A stretch of DNA of 64,000 nucleotides from positions 15,455 to 79,454 of the forward strand of contig JAQVMB010000001.1 in NCBI GenBank assembly GCA_028703835.1. Reading direction: 5' to 3'. The notes beneath the pieces are model-generated. The model searched no databases. It was not told the origin of the DNA and saw nothing but the letters and a program-made list of their open reading frames with translations. The stretch's first letter is position 1, and each line of letters starts with the position of its first letter. Shown piece by piece: positions 47,878-57,178 of the stretch. The translations under genes were made by a program, and so were the position numbers. The stretch comes from Candidatus Peribacteraceae bacterium. Lineage in GTDB: Bacteria; Patescibacteriota; Gracilibacteria; Peribacterales; Peribacteraceae.

Positions 47878-48237
47878 TCAATGATCGCGGGATTCAGGGG
47901 CAAGTGAAGGGTCCGCGGATGGGAAAGATGGCGTGTCCTGGAGGAGGTTCGTCACCACCAGATGGACTGCCGAGCGGACGGCTATGAGTGCATGATTGAG
48001 ATCACCCCCGTTCTCCGGCTGCTGCGCCCTCCTGTCCAAGTCTGCCAAGATTTCTTCGCTTGTTTCGAGGAGATGTTCCCTTCCCCGTATGAGGCGCGAT
48101 CCAACTTCTTCCGTGATGGCTTGGATTTGCCGTACTGGAATCGGCTCGTCTTGAAACAGATCGCCGAAGAGTACCTTGGCTTGGTCTTCGAGAGCGGTAG
48201 GGGTGATTTCCCTGTTCCTGTTCCTGGTGCCGGACAT
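47878..48237 (-). CDS. Hypothetical protein
   Basis: Normal composition, same strand as and upstream of the STAS gene. No family recognised. Confidence 0.4.
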   Translation of the reverse strand: MSGTRNRNREITPTALEDQAKVLFGDLFQDEPIPVRQIQAITEEVGSRLIRGREHLLETSEEILADLDRRAQQPENGGDLNHALIAVRSAVHLVVTNLLQDTPSFPSADPSLAPESRDH

Positions 48238-48250
48238 GTATATATTATAA

Positions 48251-50800
<2,550 letters not shown>

Positions 50801-50801
50801 C

Positions 50802-50894
50802 GAGGGGAATCCAAGGAAGCCAAAGAATCCGAGGAATCCAAGGAATTGAGCCTATGCATTCCTTGGCTGCGTTTGGGTCCTTGGATCCTTTTGG
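50802..50894. repeat. 9-mer word palindrome immediately after the gyrB stop
   Basis: GAGGGGAATCCAAGGAAGCCAAAGAATCCGAGGAATCCAAGGAAT-tgagcctatgc-ATTCCTTGGCTGCGTTTGGGTCCTTGGATCC. Confidence 0.8.
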
Positions 50895-51157
50895 TTACCC
50901 GACATAAAAACATGAGAAAATGAGTCAGACTGCAGCAAATTCCACGTCAGGGAATAGGTCATTTCCCCCACCACTATGGCTACCAAGAAAGGAGAAAAGC
51001 AGCGTGACGAAAGCCGAAAAGGCATGACGGAAGAGGAGGAGACGCGTCGAACGGGTATGGGTGAGACCTCGGAGGAGAACGCTGAAGAGTCCGGAACCAT
51101 GCGCGGTCAACAGGCGGATGCGGACGACGAAGAGCCGGGGATGGATCGGATGTGAGA

Positions 51158-51224
51158 AGTTCGTATACCGTATTTCGTATAACGAACGCTATACGAGATA
51201 CGTCATACGCTATACGGAATACGC
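51158..51224. repeat. Palindrome built from 7-nt words (CGTATnn / nnATACG)
   Basis: CGTATAC CGTATTT CGTATAA CGAACG CTATACG AGATACG TCATACG CTATACG GAATACG. Abuts the hisS stop. Confidence 0.8.
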
Positions 51225-51226
51225 AA

Positions 51227-52573
51227 TCAGTCCTCGTCCACCTCCCCGATCTGGTCCCGAAGCACGTATGTGTCCAAGTTCTTTTCGCCGAGGAGCTTGA
51301 TGACCTGCGGGATGGCTTGCCCGTACTTGATCTGCTTCTGCTTCCCGGCCTGCATGTCGCGGAGGATGATCGTGCCTTCCTTCACCTCCATCTTGCCGAG
51401 CAACAGGGCGTACTTGGCTTGGAACTTGTCCGCCAGGCGCATCTGGCTCTTCAGGCTCGCTTCGCCGAGGGCGCCGAGCGTGTGTACGCCTTTCTCACGC
51501 AATTCCGACACGAGCGCGAGGCACTTCTTCTTCGCTTCCGGCCCCAACTGCGCGACGAACACGTCCACCTGGTCCTTGTCGGGGACGCGCACGCCTGCTT
51601 CCTTCATGTGCCAAATCATGCGTTCCATGCCGCCCGCGAAGCCGACGCCCGGCGTGGGCTTGCCTCCGAGCAGCTCGATGAGGCCGTCGTAGCGGCCGCC
51701 TCCTCCGACGGCGTTCTGCGCGCCCGTCGATTGGTCCCACAATTCGAACACCGTCTGGTTGTAGTAATCCAAGCCGCGCACGAGGCCGGGATTGGGCACG
51801 TACCGCACGCCGAGCTCGTCCAGGTATTCCAAGAGCGTTTCGTGGAACTGCTTGCTTTCCCCGGAGAGGAATTGCTCCAATTTCGGAGCGTTGCGGACGA
51901 GTACCTGTGTATCCCCGTTCTTGCTGTCCAAGAGGCGCAGCGGGTTCGTCTGGAGGCGGCGTGCGTCTTCCTCGGGGAGGTTGCGCTCCTTGCCGATGAA
52001 GAAATCCTTGAGGGCGGCGACGTAGGCCTGGCGGTTCTCCGCCGTGCCGATGTTGTTGATCTGGAGCGTGAGGCGGTCGAGGATGCGGACGTCATTCAGG
52101 ATCTTGGTGACGACGTAGATCAGCTGCGCGTCCAGGCTGGGATCCTTCAGGCCGATCACCTCCAGGTCGATCTGATGGAACTGGCGGTAACGCCCTTTCT
52201 GCGGACGGTCGTAGCGGAAGCACTGGCCGATGCTGTATAGCTCCACGGGCTGCGGAAGCTGCTGCATGCCGTGTTCCACGTACGCGCGGCAGATGCCGGC
52301 GGTGAACTCCGGCCGCAGCGCGAATTCCGCCGCCTTTCCCTCATTGTCCTTTTTCCCTGTGACGGTGAAGAGTTCCTTCTCCACGATGTCCGTGTGCTCG
52401 CCGATGCCGCGCTCGAAGACCCCGCGGGACTCGAACATCGGCGTGTCGATGCGCTTGTAACCGGCCTGGCGGGCGCGGTGGCGCACGGCCTTCTTGATGT
52501 ACGTCATGTACTGGTGGTCCTGGGGGAGGACGTCGTGCGTACCTTTCGGGGTGCGGAACAAGGGTTCGGACAT
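51227..52573 (-). CDS. hisS: Histidine--tRNA ligase
   Basis: PKGTHDVLP, LRPEFTAG, QCFRYDRPQKGRYRQFHQ and GGGRYDGL. Confidence 0.95.
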   Translation of the reverse strand: MSEPLFRTPKGTHDVLPQDHQYMTYIKKAVRHRARQAGYKRIDTPMFESRGVFERGIGEHTDIVEKELFTVTGKKDNEGKAAEFALRPEFTAGICRAYVEHGMQQLPQPVELYSIGQCFRYDRPQKGRYRQFHQIDLEVIGLKDPSLDAQLIYVVTKILNDVRILDRLTLQINNIGTAENRQAYVAALKDFFIGKERNLPEEDARRLQTNPLRLLDSKNGDTQVLVRNAPKLEQFLSGESKQFHETLLEYLDELGVRYVPNPGLVRGLDYYNQTVFELWDQSTGAQNAVGGGGRYDGLIELLGGKPTPGVGFAGGMERMIWHMKEAGVRVPDKDQVDVFVAQLGPEAKKKCLALVSELREKGVHTLGALGEASLKSQMRLADKFQAKYALLLGKMEVKEGTIILRDMQAGKQKQIKYGQAIPQVIKLLGEKNLDTYVLRDQIGEVDED

Positions 52574-52669
52574 ACGGAAACGGGAGTCGGGAATGAGGAA
52601 AATGCTACCATCGCGGGTGCGTAATAACAAGGCTTCCCGCTGGGGGAAGCCTCTTCCGACACGGTTCGA

Positions 52670-53491
52670 TCAACGCTTCCGCAGCTTGTTGATGTAGCCG
52701 AGCGGTACGGAAACGGGGGACACAATGCCGCGCCCCATCGTTTTCAGGATGCCCGCGGGTTCGCTGTTCCAAACCTTCCCATGCCAGCGGCCGAGGCCGT
52801 AGAGGGCTCCTCCGGCTACCGCTGTACTCGCGACGAAAGGCAGTGCAGATGAAGCGGCACCGATGCCGCTCAGCGTGCTCAGGAATCCGCCCAATGGAGC
52901 CATGACGGCGGCGGTGCTCACACCGGATGCAACTGCCACCCCCACCGCCGTGCCCGTGAGAGCGCCGACAACGGGATGTCCCAGTTTCTTCCCTGCGTAG
53001 TATCCGGTCGCAGTTCCCAGCAGGGGAATACCAGACGAAATTCCCAACGACGATATCGTGAGAGCACCCGGGATTTGTGAAGCAAGAATGGTGTTCACAC
53101 CCGTGGCAACACCGTACGCGAGAACCGGTGCGGCCGCACCGGTTCCCAGCGCCGCGGCCACGGTCCCCTTCATGACCGTTTCCCGTGGGACGTCGGTTCT
53201 CTCCTGCGAAGGTGGCACGGCGAACGCGGGGAACATATCCGGCGGAATGTGGTTCTCCACGGCAGGACGCCGTGGCATTACCGGCTTCGGTTTCGGGGAT
53301 TCTTGGTTTGGTTCCTTCTGTACTTCCTCTTGTCGCAGGGCATTGGTTCCGATATCAATGAAGGGAGAGAGACGGTCACGGGTGTCGTAGCGCCGTCCTT
53401 CCAGGAGAAGGCGCACGTCTTCGCGCGGCGCATCCCTTTCGGGAGGACGGAGAGAATCGGTCTCTGACAGATGTTGATTATTGATGTGCAT
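52670..53491 (-). CDS. Hypothetical membrane protein (disordered N-terminus, Gly/Ala-rich TM C-terminus)
   Basis: Composition and hydrophobic Gly-rich segments. No family recognised. Confidence 0.45.
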   Translation of the reverse strand: MHINNQHLSETDSLRPPERDAPREDVRLLLEGRRYDTRDRLSPFIDIGTNALRQEEVQKEPNQESPKPKPVMPRRPAVENHIPPDMFPAFAVPPSQERTDVPRETVMKGTVAAALGTGAAAPVLAYGVATGVNTILASQIPGALTISSLGISSGIPLLGTATGYYAGKKLGHPVVGALTGTAVGVAVASGVSTAAVMAPLGGFLSTLSGIGAASSALPFVASTAVAGGALYGLGRWHGKVWNSEPAGILKTMGRGIVSPVSVPLGYINKLRKR

Positions 53492-53604
53492 GTTAAATAT
53501 ATTATACTATATTCATATCATATAGACAACTATAAACCTTTGGGCGACTATCCCCTCATATATAGAAAGTAGTACATGATTAATATGACATTATTTAGTC
53601 AAAT

Positions 53605-54894
53605 TTATTCATCCAATACCTCTGATGATTTTCCTCCGCCGATCATCAGAATGTATGGCAACAATAATGGATCTGAAAATCTATACTTATATGATCTCTG
53701 CTTGCCCACTTTTTCTAATATCTTTCCTCTGTCTTCACAAAATTCATTGATATGTTTTTGGAAGGTAGAAATCTTAATATTCTGCCGTTTTAATATTCGA
53801 CTAAGATGAGGAACAACATCTGATAAATAAAAATAGCCGAGATCATCTCGCTCTTTTGTGGAAGCAATTGCACAAGCGAGAAGAACGTCATCATAAAGAG
53901 CATCCTTATGTGCACTATGAATTGCTTTGTAGTATCTGTCTCTAATTGATTGTTCCGATTCATTTACAGCTTTGTGAAAAGAATCGAGTACATCTTTTCG
54001 AAATATTTTTCTGGAACCATGTGAAAGGGCTTCCCGTGTTGAATGCAATCCAATTAGATGTGTGTAATGGGGCATCCCCTGAGATGTGCGAACGATTAGC
54101 GAGGCGGCTGATTCGTCAAAACCTGTTCCTAGCGCATTTGAAGCCTTGCTCAATATTTCTCGCAGTTCCCTTTGATTCATTCTTGGGAGTTGTATTTGAG
54201 TAAGACATCTAACTATTGATGCATGATCTTTAACCAAATCATTTATTGTGTCCGCAACCCCCACAAGGATGATCGTGGTATCAATTCCATAATCAGATAA
54301 TGCTTTAATTAAATCTGTATAATTTTTTCTCACTGCGTGGTCTGCACGATCAAATTCATCAAAAATAAAAACTGATCCTTTCAGCCCCCTAAGCATGCGC
54401 CTCACATCATCAATGGAAAGCTTATCTCCTGAGTTAATGCCCATTTTCTTCTTTAATGAAATTAAATTCTTCTCCTGACCGATATCAAATCCAATAATAT
54501 CGTCGGCAACCAGCATTTCATCAAACGCCTTTTTCCATAAATCACTAAAAGAATCATCTGCGGTAGCATTCACTCGTACAACTAAACGACGATCCTGCCC
54601 TGATAATTCAGTTAGATTTAAAAGAATTTTCGCCATATTCGCTAGAGATGTTTTCCCAACTCCCCTCTCACCAAATAGAACTATATGGAATCCAGTTTGT
54701 CTAACCGAATCAGTAATACGAGTAAGCTGATCCCAGCGTCCCGCAAAGAACTCTCTTCCATTAATTGGAGTTCGTGGTTTAAAAATTGACCCAGCCTTTA
54801 TATGCAGTGCCAGGGACTCATCATCACTTAACTGAATCTCGCTCATGCTGTGCATAGTATCATAAGTTCTCCGACTATACAAAATAGAAGTCAT
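53605..54894 (-). CDS. AAA+ ATPase (archaeal-ATPase / ORC-Cdc6-like NTPase), passenger gene
   Basis: F.GRWDQL...IVLFGERGVGKTSLA (Walker A) and SVFIFDEFDR (Walker B). The C-terminal ~130 aa may be a winged helix. About 34% GC. Confidence 0.75.
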   Translation of the reverse strand: MTSILYSRRTYDTMHSMSEIQLSDDESLALHIKAGSIFKPRTPINGREFFAGRWDQLTRITDSVRQTGFHIVLFGERGVGKTSLANMAKILLNLTELSGQDRRLVVRVNATADDSFSDLWKKAFDEMLVADDIIGFDIGQEKNLISLKKKMGINSGDKLSIDDVRRMLRGLKGSVFIFDEFDRADHAVRKNYTDLIKALSDYGIDTTIILVGVADTINDLVKDHASIVRCLTQIQLPRMNQRELREILSKASNALGTGFDESAASLIVRTSQGMPHYTHLIGLHSTREALSHGSRKIFRKDVLDSFHKAVNESEQSIRDRYYKAIHSAHKDALYDDVLLACAIASTKERDDLGYFYLSDVVPHLSRILKRQNIKISTFQKHINEFCEDRGKILEKVGKQRSYKYRFSDPLLLPYILMIGGGKSSEVLDE

Positions 54895-54974
54895 ACTAAA
54901 GAACAACCTTCTCTAACTTATTGACATAGATGTATAACTATACTCTATTGAAAGAAACTCATTATCCGACTACT

Positions 54975-55163
54975 ATGAAATTCATGGCAAAGAAGAGAAT
55001 TACAACGACGGTTCTGGGCAAACAAGACAGCAAATTTGTTTATCAATTGCTAGTAACTTCCTCTGGCGAAAATACCTCCAGACTAGCAAGGTTAGCAAAG
55101 GAAGTAATACAATCAGAACATGGTGCTAATGCGCCCCTTTCAACCAACAGATCCAAGAGGTGA
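54975..55163 (+). CDS. Small ORF upstream of and overlapping the GNAT gene (possible RHH-type antitoxin)
   Basis: KKRITTTVLGKQDSKFVYQLLVTSSGENTSRLARLAKEVI has a strand-helix-helix-like pattern. This is weak and the start is uncertain. Confidence 0.3.
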   Translation: MKFMAKKRITTTVLGKQDSKFVYQLLVTSSGENTSRLARLAKEVIQSEHGANAPLSTNRSKR

Positions 55164-55728
55164 TTCTTTATTAAGAACAGAAGTGCGGACAGATGAGCAC
55201 AAGGGTCTGCTAGATTTTTATCTAAATGAGGCAAAAAACTGTGAGGAGAATCTAACATCTTTTACATACGATATTGTTTCAGACGATGGAAATTTCTTAG
55301 GTTTTTTCTGTGTCTCAAATAGCCTATTACTTTTAGATGAAAAAGAAATCATGACTGAATTTAAGCGAAAAAAGAACGTTTCATTTGCACCGCCAGCGAC
55401 GCTTCTTGGAAAGCTTTATATATGTAATTGTAATCGTGGAACTGGGATTGGCTCAGAGGTTATCTTATATATAGCAAAAGAAATTTGTTTCAAATCGAAA
55501 TCAGCCTCTCGCTTTATTATTATTGATATTAATGCTCGTAATCCTAATGCCGTTAATTTCTATACAAAAAGAGGTTGGCTACACCCTCGGACATATGCCA
55601 GAAAAATGTTTTTTGACCTCTTGAGATTTAAAATATTTTTGAAAGCTTATAAGGAGCAATGTCGGAACTCATCAGCCGCAGAAATATTGCGATTATTTGC
55701 AATATATCTCCAAGAAGAACAGAACTAG
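55120..55728 (+). CDS. GNAT-fold acetyltransferase-like protein, passenger gene
   Basis: Acetyl-CoA motif A R-G-T-G-I-G (LYICNCNRGTGIGSEVILY) and motif B NPNAVNFYTKRGW. Confidence 0.6.
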   Translation: MVLMRPFQPTDPRGDSLLRTEVRTDEHKGLLDFYLNEAKNCEENLTSFTYDIVSDDGNFLGFFCVSNSLLLLDEKEIMTEFKRKKNVSFAPPATLLGKLYICNCNRGTGIGSEVILYIAKEICFKSKSASRFIIIDINARNPNAVNFYTKRGWLHPRTYARKMFFDLLRFKIFLKAYKEQCRNSSAAEILRLFAIYLQEEQN

Positions 55729-55770
55729 TTTTCTTGCTGTTGAAAACCAAGAGTATAATACAAATTATGG

Positions 55771-56676
55771 CTAATCAAAGTACCGACAAGCACCGATTCT
55801 TTGAGATACTAAGACGTGCGGCAACCCCACACGCGAAAGTAAAAAATGAAAAAGATGCTGATCGGCAGAATGAGCGTAATTATAACGAAAAGAAAATTCT
55901 CCAAGATACAAAGGAAGATACTTTGCAGAAATAACATGGTAGGTTCCATCCAGTGACCGCTTCAACTGCGACCAGAACCCCTCAATGGTGTTCGTGTACG
56001 CGCCGCCTTTCCTATACTGCTTCTCCTTGTGCTTCACCGTCGCATGGCCGAGGCCTTCGACGTTGGTGATGCTCTTGTAGGCTCGAAGCTCGTCCGTAAG
56101 GAGGACTGACCCCTTGGCGATGTTGTTTCGGATGGGGTGCAGGAGGCTCTCTTCCGTCGTGTCCTTCACAACTTCCGCGTGAACCTTGCCCTTTCGCTGA
56201 ACCGATCCAAACACGATGGATTTGTTCTCCATCTTGTGGCGCATGTTCCTCTTCCCGCCAATCCACGTTTCATCCGCTTCCACTTCGCCAGACTGTAGGG
56301 CGGGTTCCTCGTTCATCATCTTCCGTATCTCCTTCGCCATTCTCCACGCGGTTTTGTAGGTCACGCCCACCTGTCGTTCAATCTCCTTCGCCGCAACTCC
56401 GTTCCTCGATTGAGACATGAGGAAGATCGCGTGAAACCACTTCACCAAGTCGGTGGAAGACTTCTCGAAGATCGTTCCCGCCTTCGGGCTGATCTGAGAC
56501 TTTCCGCAGTAGCAGACGTAGTGCGCTGTTTTCTTCTGGCGGTAATACTGTCCGATCAGACCACACTTCGGACATGCGCTCTTGCTGTGGAATTGCTGGA
56601 AAAGATGTTCCAAACAAGCCGCGTCGTCGGGGAAGAGCTTATGGAATTGGGAGATGGTGAACTTCGGAAGCTTCAT
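55771..56676 (-). CDS. IS1595-family DDE transposase
   Basis: N-terminal zinc ribbon (CPKCG...YVCYCG), an HTH region, and the DDE region ending in TNTIEGFWSQLKR. Starts about 40 nt inside the right IR. Confidence 0.9.
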   Translation of the reverse strand: MKLPKFTISQFHKLFPDDAACLEHLFQQFHSKSACPKCGLIGQYYRQKKTAHYVCYCGKSQISPKAGTIFEKSSTDLVKWFHAIFLMSQSRNGVAAKEIERQVGVTYKTAWRMAKEIRKMMNEEPALQSGEVEADETWIGGKRNMRHKMENKSIVFGSVQRKGKVHAEVVKDTTEESLLHPIRNNIAKGSVLLTDELRAYKSITNVEGLGHATVKHKEKQYRKGGAYTNTIEGFWSQLKRSLDGTYHVISAKYLPLYLGEFSFRYNYAHSADQHLFHFLLSRVGLPHVLVSQRIGACRYFD

Positions 56677-56930
56677 ATCTAGGGGGGAACTGCCCTAGAG
56701 ACTACTATTCGGCTTCCTATATGTCAAGGGATAGTCGCCAACCTTTGTGTCTCCTCAGCGAGAAATTACCTATCAATTTCACAAAATGAATCCAGAATGA
56801 GTGGGACGAGTGACGGGCCAGAGCCGGTTGGATTTTTGACATCTGACCCGAGAAAGGAAGGGGAAGGTTTGGAAGGTGGAACCGCAGGTTCCCCTTCCAA
56901 TACTAAAAAATGCGAGCGCGCAGCGTGAGC

Positions 56931-56970
56931 ACCAATCAAAAAAACCTACGCGTAGGTTCTTTTGATTGGT
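56931..56970. terminator. 40-nt near-perfect palindrome abutting the tRNA-His 3-prime end
   Basis: ACCAATCAAAAAAACCTACG|CGTAGGTTCTTTTGATTGGT, one mismatch. Confidence 0.45.
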
Positions 56971-57047
56971 GGGGCGAGCGATGGGATTCGAACCCACGAC
57001 CCTCTGGACCACAACCAGATGCTCTAACCAACTGAGCTACGCTCGCC
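56970..57047 (-). tRNA. tRNA-His (anticodon GTG) with encoded G-1 and CCA
   Basis: The reverse complement GGCGAGCGTAGCTCAGTTGGTTAGAGCATCTGGTTGTGGTCCAGAGGGTCGTGGGTTCGAATCCCATCGCTCGCCCCA folds as a cloverleaf. Anticodon loop is TTGTGGT. The extra 5-prime G pairs with discriminator C. Confidence 0.93.
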
Positions 57048-57178
57048 ATGTGAGAAAAGAATGAACGGAACTGTGCCGAGCCTGTCCCGAGTCAGGACTG
57101 CAAGTCGGGATGGAAGGACCCGTCACAGTGCGGATATCCTAAAGGGAAATGCCAAGGACTTCCAGCGTCTTTTGAAGG

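Larger units (their letters stand above)
53543..56739 (-). mobile_element. IS1595-family transposon carrying passenger genes (3197 bp)
   Basis: Terminal inverted repeats GGCGACTATCCCCTCATATATAGAAAG (left) and the reverse complement of CTTCCTATATGTCAAGGGATAGTCGCC (right), about 23/27 identical. Perfect 8-bp direct repeat AACCTTTG at 53535-53542 and 56740-56747. GC is far below the flanks. Confidence 0.85.

Noticed and set aside
50976-51155. 59-aa highly acidic/charged ORF (MATKKGEKQRDESRKG...) in the gyrB-hisS gap; it is below the ORF-track size cut-off.
   Set aside because: It has no recognisable family or ribosome-binding signal, and its composition is low-complexity. It cannot be supported from sequence alone.
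56779-57012. 77-aa minus-strand ORF.
   Set aside because: It overlaps the tRNA-His gene and the 40-nt palindrome, so it is an artefact.
53492-57047. Low-GC island as a tRNA-His-targeting integrative element with an att repeat of the tRNA 3-prime end.
   Set aside because: No copy of the tRNA 3-prime segment is present at the far boundary, and there is no integrase. The boundaries are fully explained by IS1595-type inverted repeats with an 8-bp target duplication about 190 nt away from the tRNA.
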